Shown here in pieces: positions 12,274 through 24,430 of a stretch of DNA of 64,000 bases (position 1 is the first letter of the stretch; each line of letters begins with the position of its first letter). The notes under the pieces were generated by a model. That model saw only the letters and a list, made by a program, of their open reading frames with translations, searched no databases and was not told the origin of the DNA. The position numbers and the translations under genes are program-made. The stretch covers positions 135,552,793 through 135,616,792 of the forward strand of contig NC_068981.1 of assembly GCF_001194135.2 (NCBI RefSeq), read 5' to 3'. This DNA comes from Octopus bimaculoides. Its lineage: Eukaryota.

Positions 12274-12899
12274 TAAAAAGCAGTGATTTGGCACTTATTA
12301 AAAGTACAATATTCTTAACAACATAATATTTGAGCCTAGTAAAGCAGCGGGATGGCAGAATGGTTAGCGTGTCGAACAAAACGCTTAGTGACATTTCTAT
12401 CAACTCTTTAAGTTCTGAATTTAAATTCCTTTAAGTCGACTTTGCTCTTCATCTTTTCGGGTCGATAAAATAAATACCAATTGAACACTGGAGGGCGGGG
12501 GTGGGGGGTCGATGTATTCCCGCTCCCCTCAGAATTGCTGGCCTTGTGCAAAAAAAAAATGAGAAACAATGATATTTGAGCCTATTGCGCTCAAAAATTA
12601 AAGAAAAGAATTACCACAAGTAATTAAGTAATTAGGCAGTCACTATTGATTATTAGTTAGAATATAGTGATGTTTAACTGCAGTGTACTCGTGAAGTAAA
12701 ATTGTTACATCTAGGGACTGATTCGATTAGCAGGGCGCTTACTTCTACACACACACACAAATAAAAAAATGCTTTATTTTAACCCGAGTGTATAACTGGT
12801 ACTTATTTCATTGATCCAGGGTGTAATGATTAGTAAATTCGCCAGAGTTTGAACTCATGACGAAACTTTATATCGTGGATCCTGATAGTTTTATTATAT

Positions 12900-13255
12900 C
12901 TTTTATCTTTTACTTGTTTCAGTAATTAGACTGCGGCCATGCTAGAGCACGCCTTGACGAACTTTTAGTCGAATGCATCGACTGCAGTACTTATTATATT
13001 TTTTAAAGTCTGTTGCTTATTCTAGCAATCTCATTTGCCGAGCCGTTAAGTTACGGAGACGTAAACACCCCAACACCAGTTGTCAAGCGGTGGTGGAGGA
13101 AAATGCAGACACACAACTACACACACACACACGCACACACGCACACACATGTATATATACGCGACAAGCTTCTTTCGGTTTCTGTCTATCAAATACACTC
13201 ACAAAGCATTAATCGGCCCGAGGCTACAGTAGAAGACACTTACCCATGATACCAC
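12900..13255 (-). mobile_element. SINE family A
   Basis: TTTTACTTGTTTCAGT tail and CGGCCCGAGGCTACAGTAGAAGACACTT core. Confidence 0.8.
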
Positions 13256-13968
13256 ACAATCAAGCCAGAAACTATTGATATTTTCCTCTTTTTATTATCA
13301 AAGCTCCTTATTAAAGTTCTATATTAAAACTTTCATATTTCACAATCGTACTAATAGACTCTTTATAACTTATTTCAAATATATATTTGCAACTATAGTC
13401 ATTTTGTCCTCTAGGAATATATCCCACTGGAATATAATAGGGTTACATCGCCTGCAGTCTACTAAAGTCACACTACACTTAAGTAGAAAAATGTGGCTTT
13501 TAAAGATGTTATAAATCAGTGTATTCTTTGAGACAATAGAACTGGTAGATACCAGAGAAATTCGAACTAAAAGCATTCTGTTCTTCTACAATATGACTCG
13601 AAATTTCGTTGGCTTAGATTTTGCTTTTCATCTCTCTGAGGCAAATAAAATAAGTTTTATATACTACTGGTTGAGTCAGTTGAATGCATCTCCTACATGG
13701 AAAAGAAAAATAATATAAAAATCACTGAATTCCTACACTCGTAATTAATATATTCTACATATTTTACATGTAATGGTTCTTCTGTAGGTTGGTTAACATA
13801 AAAGAAACAAGAAACAAAAACAAAACAAAATAAACATAGAACACGATTTAATTACTTCGTAGAATTCGATGCAGACGAAACGGATTGATTGTAAGAGTTT
13901 ACGAATGTTCACGGGAGTTCACGGAACGTAACTCCTGCTTGTGAACATGACACAACTCTCGCAGCCTT

Positions 13969-14625
13969 TAAACCTTTTTCATATCAACCTGCCCTGAGAC
14001 CAGACTGACCGAAGTTTCTTATATAAACTACATGTTTAAAGTGATCTAAATTAAAACTTTCCCTCATAATTCTATACTCTTTACTCTTTACTCTTTTACT
14101 TGTTTCAGTCATTTGACTGAGGCCATGCTGGAGCACCGCCTTTAGTCGAGCAAATCGACCCCGGGACTTATTCTTTGTAAGCCTAGTACTTATTCTATCG
14201 GTCTCTTTTGCTGAACCGCTAAATGACGGGAACATAAACACACCAGTATCGGTTGTCAAGCAATGCTAGGGGGACAAACACAGACACACAAACACACACA
14301 CACACACACGTATATATACATATATACGACGGGCTTCTTTCAGTTTCCGTCTACCAAATCCACTCACAAGGCTTTGGTCGGCCCGAGGCTATAGTAGAAG
14401 ACACTTGCCCAAGATGCCACGCAGTGGGACTGAACCCGGAACCATGTGGTTGGTAAGCAAGCTACTTACCACACAGCCACTCCATGTTCATTTATGTTTT
14501 AAACATCGGGTTAATAATGAGAAAATTATTCTATTAAACACTTTATTTTCAAAAGTAATTGAAACAAAATCAGTTTATTTCAACAAAAATATGGTAACAA
14601 AAAAGCTTAAACAAAAAACAGCCAA
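13969..14625. mobile_element. piggyBac-like MITE interrupted by SINE A (related copy at 21369-21593)
   Basis: Shares TTTAAAGTGATCTAAATTAAAA and GCCC.GAGAC with 21369-21593; both have TTAA-like flanks and CC/CT...GGG-like ends. The superfamily is inferred from the ends only. Confidence 0.45.
14075..14483 (-). mobile_element. SINE family A, well preserved
   Basis: Complete head (reverse complement GGAGTGGCTGTGTGGTAAGTAGCTTGC), core and (GTAAAAGA)n-type tail. Confidence 0.92.
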
Positions 14626-14651
14626 ATTTATGTAATTTATTGAAAAAATGG

Positions 14652-15193
14652 AGCGCTAAGCAGTGATAAGTAAAATTGTAATGTTATTATCAATCCAAAT
14701 ATGCTTGAGGTACGTTCGAACCGTAAGTAAATAACAGAGGGGTAGGGGCGCTAAGCAGTGATAAGTAAAATTGTAATGTTATTATCAGTCCGAATACGCT
14801 TGAGCTACGTTCGAACCGGTGAACATGCTACTCAGTGCGTTTTGTCACGGAAAATGGTGCTTAGCGCCCCTCCCCTTCTGTAATTTATTTACGGTGAGCC
14901 GCCGCACAGCGCTGTCAATCGCTGTATGGCAACTGGAAAAGCAGAAGAGAATCACTCTCTTCAATCAGCTCTTAGCGCCGCCTGCCTGGTGTCCGTGATC
15001 GAAGAGGAGATAACTACTCCGAAATGCTTGCATCTCACGGTCTGGGTAGGTGACGCTGCGAGCTGATATAGGTGTATACACACCCTTTGTCAACAAACGG
15101 GAGATATTTTCCGTGACAAAACGCAGTGAATAGCTTGTTTACCGGTTCGAACATGCCTCAAGTATATTCGGACTGATAATAACATTGTAATTT
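14652..15193. mobile_element. Foldback/MITE-like element with 88-bp inverted arms and a tandem duplication
   Basis: 14768-14855 is an inverted match to 15106-15193; 14652-14723 duplicates 14747-14818; the GCGCTAAG/CTTAGCGC motif occurs four times. Confidence 0.7.
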
Positions 15194-15294
15194 ATTGGAT
15201 ACAATCATCTCTTTTTAAGACTGAGCTCCAATACACCGGAATATATCATAATCCGGTTGAATCTGTGTTTCATAGGTGCCGGGTTAGCGAACTC

Positions 15295-15613
15295 GGATCT
15301 TTTTTAAAACGGGGGCCACATTTTTCATTAATGTTTTACGTAGTGTTTTTGGTACCGAAAGACTTTCAAACTTCGTATACTTATCTATTTTGTGTTATAG
15401 AACAGAAAAATATTTTTGTATTCGAATTTATTTCATGTAAAAAATTGTCTTATTTCGATAATTTCAACCAATCACTGACAAGTATTCAGTTGTTTATATT
15501 TACTCCTTTAGCTGATTAAGCCATAGCTTCGTTTTATTTGCTTTTTTCATTTTCTTTGTTTTTTCTTCGTTTTATTTGCTTTTTTCTTTTTAAATTTGCT
15601 GTTTTACCCTAAC
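15295..15613 (+). mobile_element. Left arm of a divergent GGATC-ended foldback element, running into a gap
   Basis: Starts GGATCTTTTT, shares TAATTTCAACCAATCA.TGAC..GTATTCAGTTG with 43360-43397 and ends TTTTACCCTAAC at the N gap. Confidence 0.6.
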
Positions 15614-16371
15614 NNNNNNNNNNNNNNNNNNNNNNNNNNNNNNNNNNNNNNNNNNNNNNNNNNNNNNNNNNNNNNNNNNNNNNNNNNNNNNNNNNNNNNN
15701 NNNNNNNNNNNNNNNNNNNNNNNNNNNNNNNNNNNNNNNNNNNNNNNNNNNNNNNNNNNNNNNNNNNNNNNNNNNNNNNNNNNNNNNNNNNNNNNNNNNN
15801 NNNNNNNNNNNNNNNNNNNNNNNNNNNNNNNNNNNNNNNNNNNNNNNNNNNNNNNNNNNNNNNNNNNNNNNNNNNNNNNNNNNNNNNNNNNNNNNNNNNN
15901 NNNNNNNNNNNNNNNNNNNNNNNNNNNNNNNNNNNNNNNNNNNNNNNNNNNNNNNNNNNNNNNNNNNNNNNNNNNNNNNNNNNNNNNNNNNNNNNNNNNN
16001 NNNNNNNNNNNNNNNNNNNNNNNNNNNNNNNNNNNNNNNNNNNNNNNNNNNNNNNNNNNNNNNNNNNNNNNNNNNNNNNNNNNNNNNNNNNNNNNNNNNN
16101 NNNNNNNNNNNNNNNNNNNNNNNNNNNNNNNNNNNNNNNNNNNNNNNNNNNNNNNNNNNNNNNNNNNNNNNNNNNNNNNNNNNNNNNNNNNNNNNNNNNN
16201 NNNNNNNNNNNNNNNNNNNNNNNNNNNNNNNNNNNNNNNNNNNNNNNNNNNNNNNNNNNNNNNNNNNNNNNNNNNNNCTTCACAACACAGCCATGTCTGC
16301 GCCTATATTAAACTAATCATTTTATAAAAAAAAAAACCCCAAAATACCAGCCAACATGTATTTCAGGTAAG

Positions 16372-16990
16372 CTCTCTTCTACTCTACGCACAAGGCCCGA
16401 ACTTTTTGGGGAGGGGGCCAGTCAATTAGATCGATCTCAGTACGCAACTGGTACTGAATTTATCGACCTCGATCGGATGAAAGACAAAGTCGACCTCGGC
16501 GGAATTTGAACTCGGAACGTAACGGCACACAAAATACCGTAAAGCATTTCGCCCGGCGTGCTAACGTTTCTGCCAGCTCGCCGCCTTATTTCAGGTAAGT
16601 TCTAATATTCTGTTCTTTAATATCCTTTCTAGAATATGCATAAGGCTTGAAATTTCGTGGGGAGGGGATAAATCGATTACATCGACCCCACTGCATGACT
16701 GTTACTTATTTTATCGACCCCAAAAGAATGAAAGGCAAAGTCCCCTTCCATGGGATTTGAACTCAGAACGCAAAGCCGGTAGAAATACTGATAAGTATTT
16801 TGTCCGGCGTACTAGCTTGCAGAGTCGTTAGTACGTACGCCTGACAAAATTAAGTTTCGTGTTCAAAATCCACCGAAGTCGACTTTGCTTTTCATCTTCT
16901 CGTAGACGATAAAAATAAGTACCATTTGAATATTGGGGTCGATTAATCAGCTAGCCCTGTCTTCCCAAATTTCAGGCCGTGTGCCTATTG
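16372..16990. mobile_element. Three SINE family B copies (16372-16586 -, ~16625-16810 -, ~16805-16990 +)
   Basis: Family B consensus; the first copy is bounded by TSD TATTTCAGGTAAG (16359-16371 and 16587-16599). Confidence 0.8.
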
Positions 16991-17109
16991 TGGACAAGGG
17001 TTTATTCTTTAATATAAATGTATCAAATTGTGGCTTTGTTTGTGCACTGGGTACTTTTTATTACTGATCTTAACAGAAAGGGGACGATCAACTGTTAAAA
17101 CACATATCT

Positions 17110-17476
17110 ATTCACACAAAATAAAACACACACATACACGTACACCCACAAATGCAAACACACAGATGCACCATACACACAAATACATTCACGCGAACAA
17201 ATATGTGTACACACACAGATACAAACAGAAAACACACACACAAACCCACATACACTCACACACACACACGCACACACACAGACATACACACACATAGATA
17301 TACACACACACGCACACAAACACTCACACATACAAATACGCACACATACACACACACTCATAAATACAGAGAGAGACAGAGAAGACGAAAGCGAGAGAGA
17401 AAGAGAGAGTGAGAGAGGGGACAAGAGCGAGAGAGAGAGAGAGAGAGAAGATGAGAGAGTGAGAAAGGGGGACAAG

Positions 17477-17513
<37 letters not shown>

Positions 17514-17664
17514 GACAAGAGCGAGAGAGATGAGAGAGAGAGAGGGGGACAAGAGCGAGAGAGAAGATGAGAGAGAGAGAGAGTGAGGGGGAACAAGAGC
17601 AAGAAAAAGATAGAACTAGAGAGAAAAAGAGAGAGAAAGAGAGAGATGAGAGGGAGAGAGAGAA

Positions 17665-17702
<38 letters not shown>

Positions 17703-17710
17703 GACAAAAG
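17110..17710. repeat. (CA)-rich tract followed by a GA-rich minisatellite with recurring GGACAAGAGC
   Basis: GG(G)ACAAGAGC(GA)n unit repeated about five times between 17415 and 17600. Confidence 0.9.
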
Positions 17711-18739
17711 TGAAAGAGGAAAGAAAAAGAAGAAAACAAACAGAGCAATTATTTCATTATAAGAGATAAACGGGAAACGATGGACAACAGAGACAGCAGC
17801 AGCAGTGACAGCAGCAGTCCCTCGTTACAATTATTATTGCACTAAGACATTATCAGCTTTTGTTTATGTTTTAATTAATTAATTCATTTATTCCTTAATT
17901 TATTTGTTTATTTGCTAAGATTTCATACGCTCGATCGTTTGCTTCTGTTCAGAGGAATAATATCTTAACTTCGTCGTCTCCTTCAGGGAAAAAAGAAAGA
18001 ATATTAAATGATAAAGTTGAAAAATCAAGTTTTCAGTGCTGTTGAAAAGCAGTTCAAATCTCATTTTTCATTGTCCAATGAAAAACCGTTCGTGTTAGGG
18101 TTGGGAATTGTTGCTGTGATAATGGCCGTTCTTGCTGTTGCATTTTCCTATTGTTGGAACAAGTTGTTGTTGTTGCTGTTTCTGATAATGCTGTTGTTCG
18201 TACTGCTGCTGTTGTTGGTGGTGCTGCTGTTGTGATGTACTTGTTGCTTTTTAGCTTATGAGTTTCCACTTTTAAATAAGTTACTTGGTGAATTCGTTGT
18301 ATGTTTTACTTGTTTTTCATGCTGCATCAATCGTTGTTACAGTAATGAGGCTGGTAGTGGTAGTAGCCCTAAAAGTAGATGCTATTACTTTTATAGTAGC
18401 AACAGCTGTAATTGCTGCTGCGCTCCTAGAAATAGTGGTCTTGTATTTCTCTCTCATCATGTGCTATTCCTACAGCGTCGACGACCATGGACCTTACTAC
18501 TACATGATTTTTTAAAATGATTTTTGTGGGGAAAGATGCAATAACTGTCTCCCGTTGCTTGCTGCCAATTTATTTACAATTTACTCTTTTAGACCCCTGC
18601 TCTCCCGAGCTTACCACCAAGACAAAGGACATGTTCGTCATTGTCACATGCTCCTCACAGGCCCACCATTGTCGCATGTACCCCGCAGGTCCACCATATA
18701 TTTCAATGATAAGCTTTTGAGATCAAGAGAAAAGTAGAA

Positions 18740-19100
18740 TCGATCGGATTCAGAATCGAGTTGTTAACATCCTTGGTTTTCTTCTTTCTACTAGGTTGGA
18801 GTCTTTAGCTCATCGTCGAAATGTATCTTTGTGTCTTTTCTACAAGTATTTCCGTGGACATTGTTCTGATGAACTTTCTGGTCTAATATTCTCTGTTAAG
18901 ACTTCTAAACGCGCCAACTTATTTTACCAGGTGCATCGTTTTTCTGCTGAGTTTCCCGTTAATCCTAAAACCTTTTATTCTAATTGCTTCTTTCTTCGAA
19001 TTTCTGCTCTTTGAGACTCACTACCATCGTCTTGTTTTCCTCTGGTCAATGATATTCAGTCCTTTAATCTTTCTGTCGATCGACATCATTTGAATTTGTA
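18740..19100 (+). mobile_element. CR1/L2-like LINE, RT C-terminal remnant
   Basis: DRIQNRVVNILG...LESLAHRRNVSLCLFYKYFRGHCSDELS...YSNCFFLRISAL*DSLPSSCFP matches the L.HRR....L.LFY.Y..G.CS..L / F.PR...LWNSLP pattern. Confidence 0.8.
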
Positions 19101-19679
19101 GGTCCCTTATTTTCTTTCGTAGTTTCTTACGCTACAGTAGCTTCAAGCTATGTCTGGGAAAAATCGTATTAACAAATTAAAATGATTTGACTAAAAAAAC
19201 TCGGCAGACGGTTTTTCATGGTATGTCCATACACAGTGTGACCACTCTTCTCTGAATCCTCTATGACAGCCACAGCACTATCTTCTGCTCTTTGACCCAT
19301 ATTTGGGGCCCTTGAAGGCGGATCCGAGAAGTATAGTGCCTATGGAGCAACTCAATACTCTCAAGACTCCTTAATTTCTGAGCTGGCACCTCAACATCAC
19401 TTGTATTTAGTTGTTGTTTAACCCTAGGTTAGTCCTGATCAAGTAGGATCAAAGACATTCCAGTTATGATCAGCACGTCTTATTTTAAGATATAACATAT
19501 CAACGCCTGCACTATCTTATGTGTCTTTTGTTTTAAATCATTAGAGTATAATTGGAGAGAAACTTGGCTGCTATTTCTCTTGAACAACCGCGTAGAAGCT
19601 CCCTCATTGATGATTATGGAATTACTGACAAGTGCCGTTGCTGTTGATATAGTTGTGTTAAAAATAGTGTTCGACCTTC

Positions 19680-20500
19680 TTGTCGGCATCTCTAGCAAAA
19701 TCTATGTCTATGCAGAAGACACCACCTTCCTTTCCTCCCTAACCACCCGCACCCAAGCGCAATGCATGTGCCGCTTAAACACCTCTCGCCAAAGTTCTGC
19801 TAACTTCATAGAGAAATCGCTAAAACATTTTCTAATGGGGGTCATACTAAACTCGTTTCCTTCCATAGCACAAATACAATGGCTACACTTATCAAGAAAA
19901 CAATATTGTATCCATCACCTAAATATGAGCCTAGAACCCCCAGATTTGCTACAAATGCCGGGTTTTATCATCACCGGCAATCTCGCGTTTTCAATCTATC
20001 AAACACTACACCACAAGACGACTTTTATTTCAGAGCCAGTAAATACTTCAATTCCCAGCAATTATTCTTTTCTACTCTAGGCACAAGGCCCGAAATTTTT
20101 GGGGAAGGGGCCAGTCGATTAGATCGACCACAGTACTCAACTGGTACTTAATTTATCGACCCCGAAAGGATGAAAGGCAAAGTCGACCTCGGCGGAATTT
20201 GAACTCGGAACGTTAAGACAGACGAAATACCGTTTTGCATTTCGCCCGGCGTGCTAACGTTTCTGCCAGCTCGCCGCCTTCAATTCCCAACAATTATTAC
20301 GCCTTCATGTACTCAAGCAAGACCAACAATGTAATACTGCACTTATGTTTGAGAGGGTACTACGACTACATACAGACATCCTAGGATCGCATCCCCTAAA
20401 ATGCTACTCACTTGATGTCCACAAAGGCATTCCACAACTTGCTCTGAGGACAAGATTTATAGTTTACAATCTTTAGTGATCGCCTCCACCCCGAAAACTC
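19680..20500 (+). mobile_element. CR1/L2-like LINE RT core remnant interrupted by SINE B
   Basis: KIYVYAEDTTF (YADD-like motif); after the SINE the frame reads QARPTM*YCTYV*EG (RP..EYC..VW motif with stops). Confidence 0.7.
20067..20280 (-). mobile_element. SINE family B, full length with an 18-bp TSD
   Basis: CAATTCCCAGCAATTATT (20049-20066) vs CAATTCCCAACAATTATT (20281-20298). Confidence 0.92.
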
Positions 20501-21368
20501 GTCTAGAAAATAGTCCTGTTTTAGCCATTTAAGTTATGGTAATGGTAGAAACATTAACACTGGATGTTATAACTTTCATAGCAACAGTTTCTCTGTTGTG
20601 GTTTCTATTAATCGTAGGTAACTCAATACTAAGTTATCTCCTGTTCTGAACTGGTTTCTTTTAAAACTAACACACCCACACGCACACATATAAACGCACG
20701 CACATGCACACACGCACATACACATACACGCACACACACGCACACACATGCGCGCACACACATGCGCGCACACACACACAAACAGACACTGTGCTCAGTG
20801 TTTAATGATAGATCTTTTTGATAGGTTTGCAGTTGTAGAGAATTTCTCTTACATTAATGTCACTACTGCAAACACTATCAACTTTTCTTCAATTTTTATG
20901 AGATATTTTATATGTAAACCACTTCAAAGAGTTCAAAAAACACTTTCTCCAGAGAACAAACACTACTGAAATTAGTTTAATGCTTTCTGTCGTCCAGACT
21001 TTAAATTGACTGAATTATTCATTATGAAAATGTTTCATTTTATAGCAAATACCGTGAAATATATTAGGAGACAATTCACATTTAAAAAATTATTAAAACA
21101 GAAAAGCCTGCTAGTTTATAGTTTTGGTATTTGATAAATTATGTTCAGTAGACGAATGCAGATGTAAAGAGTTAGGATGGATTAATTAGTAAATCTCTGA
21201 AGAGAAACTAGTAAATTATTCTGCAGAAAAAACACAATGATGGGTTGTATACATCAATAGAAAAACTGAAGATATTAGTCTCCAGAACGAGGAGAGATTT
21301 ATACAGGTGAAACAAAATGTGAATAGCACGTTATGTGGTATTGCGGAATCGTGAATGAGTGTCTTTAA

Positions 21369-21593
21369 CTCTTGTGATACCAAACTGCCCCGAGACAAGT
21401 TCTATGGGTTTATATTAACTTCATGTTTTAAAGTGATCTAAATTAAAAGTTTACTTCGTGATAGTTTGTTAATTTATGTCCCAAATACCAGCTTCAAAAT
21501 ACCAAATGTATTTTACTAAATTCTTTCGTTTTTTAAAAAATAGTATTTGAAACAAACACAGTGTATTTCAATCGAAATACATTTCCGAAAGGG
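21369..21593. mobile_element. piggyBac-like MITE
   Basis: TTAA|CTCTTGTGATACC...CCGAAAGGG|CTAA ends; internal homology to 13969-14070. Confidence 0.45.
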
Positions 21594-21659
21594 CTAATAA
21601 ATCATATCAGACCAACAATAAATCAAAGGAATATAACGATTATCATTTGAGCATTGATT

Positions 21660-21975
21660 GAGTGGAGTGAAGGCGCGTAGCTTAATGGGTAGGGCATTCG
21701 GCTCACGATCTTAAGGTCGTGAGTTTAATTCCCGGCGACGCGTTGTATTCTTGAGCAAGACACTTTATTTCACGTTGCTCCAGTCCACTCAGCTGGCAAA
21801 AATGAGTAGTACCTGTATTTCAAAGGGCCGGCCTTGTCACATTCTGTGTCACGCTGAATCTCCCTGAGAACTATGTTAGTGGTATACGTGTCTATGGATT
21901 GCTCAGTCACTTGTACGTTAATTTCACGAGCAAGCTGTTCCGTTGATCGTATCAGCTGGGACCCTCGACGGAGTG
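21660..21975 (+). mobile_element. SINE with a different tRNA head but the family C 3' body
   Basis: Head GAAGGCGCGTAGCTTAATGGGTAGGGCATTCGGCTCACGATC, then CTTGAGCAAGACACTTTATTTCACGTTGCTCCAGTCCACTCAGCTG, then the family C body from TCAAAGGGCCGGCCTTGTCAC. Confidence 0.8.
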
Positions 21976-22186
21976 ATTGAGTGGGCAGGAACAACGCGAT
22001 AGGAAGGGTTTTGTTCAGGAACACATTGATCGGTCCATGAATCGAACCTCCGATCGCGAGTGTAACACCTTAGCCACTAGGCCACGTGCCTTCGTATAGT
22101 AAGTAATATAATTTTCACTGATAAGCTAAAAAGTGGCTGAAGCCTGGTGAGTGAATTTGGTAGACGGAAACTGAAAGAAGCCCGTC

Positions 22187-22219
<33 letters not shown>

Positions 22220-23509
22220 TGTATGTATGTATGTATGTATGTGTGTATGTATGCATGTAATCTGTGTGTATGTGCGTGCTTGTGTTTCTTTGTCCTGACA
22301 TTGCGTGATAGTTGTAAATGAGCGTCATTGTTATATAAGCGGCGTCGGTTGTTTGATGATGATGATGATTACTTCAAAACCAAACATTTCTGAAAAGTAG
22401 TAAGAGAAACCACGAAAGTGCAATGTTCTTGTGCGTAAGCTGGAGAGGATACGTGATAATGTTTCTGTATTGATTGTGACTGAACGAGTAAGAAAGACAG
22501 TCAAGAGAAAATAAACGGTTGAAGAAATACGAAAGCCGAAGAAGAGTTAACATTAAAAACAACAGCTGGTGTGCGAAATCACTCTCTCCCCGAGAAATGT
22601 TTAAAAGTAATAGGAGCTTACTTGCAATGAAGAGATCCATAAAATAAAGAACTGAGAAAAATGTTAAAGAAAAGACACTCTTTATACGAACTTGTCTCCA
22701 ATTTTCTTCTTCGATGTTCAATTTCTGTAAATGCATACGTAACCAGATTGCCATATACAGATTAGAACTCGACTTTGATCTTAAGTTTATTATCAGAATA
22801 ACAAAATTGAATATTGTATCGCTTATTTCATCAATTCAATAAAAGGTCATGTTCTTAATATATGCATATTAGAAAGTATTAGATTGCCAAACAATTCGTA
22901 CTTAAAAATCAAATCTTCTTTCATTTGTTATGCACCAAATCAATGTCGTTTTTCCTACCGAAGCCATTGTAGAAATTACAGCTATACAACTGAGTAGAAC
23001 GGTACACTTTCTAGTTCCTATTATGTTCAATTGTCTTGTGAATATAATTTAAATAAAACATTGTTTAACTAATTGCTTTATAATTTGATCTTGTATTTTA
23101 TTAGATTTTCAGGTTCCGATTGAGAGCGTGTAATAAATTCAAATATTATGATTTTCTATCTGTTGATATTGAATATTTGATGATATTGATTCGTGTTTAA
23201 AACATGCTGGGAATAACCTTGTAACAGAGGAAGATCTCAACGTGGTGGCAGAATTTTATGCATGATGAGTCTAAAGTAGCGTCAGCAATCGCCACAGTAG
23301 TCGTCACAGCAGTCGTCACATGCAGTTTGTATTCGGAACCAAATCATAACTAGACGATCGGCGGGCTCTATTCTGAAGTAGGACTCTTCTAGATAATCTT
23401 GTGTCTATTTATGACAGTAATGGAAACTGATTGCTCGTATACTTCTGGGCGCAAAAAGAGTTGACGTGTTGATGTGCAGGATACATTAAAGAAATACAGA
23501 TTTTTATTT

Positions 23510-24430
23510 ATTTGTTTCAGTCATTGGATTGCAATCATGCTGGGGCACCGCCTTGAAAGCTTTTAGTTGTACAAATCGACCCCGTTACTTATTTTTTAGA
23601 GTCTGGTACTTATTCTATCGGCTCTTTTGTCAAATCACCAAGTTACAGGGACTTAAGCAAACCAACACCGGTTGTAGAGTGGTGGTTGTGGGAAGAGACA
23701 CAGACACAAAGACATGCAAACATACATATACACTCACACACATATACACATACACTGTGCTTCCATACAGGTTCCGTCTATGAAATTCAGCTCGCAAGGC
23801 TTGTTTAACCTGCGGCTATAATGGAAAACATTTGCTCAAGGTGCTGCACAGTAGGACTGAACGCGAGCTTCTTATTTCCTTACTGCCCACAAGGGGCTAA
23901 ACATAGAGGGGACAAACAAGGACAGACAAAGGGATTAAGTCGATTACATCGACCCCAGTGCGTAACTGGTACTTAATTTATCGACCCCGAAAGGATGAAA
24001 GGCAAAGTCGACCTCGGCGGAATTTGAACTCAGAACGTAACAGCAGACGAAATACCGCTAAGCCTTTCGTATACAGATGCAGCTACACATGCATCTATAT
24101 GTCTCTTTCTTATATAGGTTTGAAGTTTTGGGGCAAGGAGCTAGTCAATTACATTGACCCTACTGCGCAACTAGTGCCTATTTCATCGACCTAGAAAAAA
24201 TGAAATGCAAAGTTGACCTCGGTGGAGCCAGCACATATATATTAGATTCAAATTTTGGCACGGGGTCAGCAAGTACATCGACCTAATTGCTCAACTGGTA
24301 CTTATTTCATCGATCCTAAAAGGATGAACGGCAAAATCGACTTCGATGGAATTTGAGCTCAGAACGAATGGACAGACGAAATGTTGTGAAGCATTTCGTC
24401 CGGTTTGCTAATAATTCTGCCGTCTCGCCG
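23510..24430 (-). mobile_element. Cluster of SINE A (23510-23860) and SINE B copies (23875-24070, 24110-24225, 24245-24432)
   Basis: Family consensus blocks; the 23875 copy has an alternative tail shared with 39850. Confidence 0.75.

Noticed and set aside
13890-13963. Small imperfect hairpin (ATGTTCAC/GTGAACAT and GGAGT/ACTCC)
   Set aside because: Short, bulged and single-copy; compatible with chance.
17370-17700. Regularly spaced GGACAAGAGC units resembling a CRISPR array
   Set aside because: The spacers are just (GA)n, the context is eukaryotic and there are no cas genes; it is a minisatellite.
18008-18515. Hydrophobic ORFs resembling membrane proteins
   Set aside because: They derive from degenerate (GTT/GCT/GTA)n repeats.
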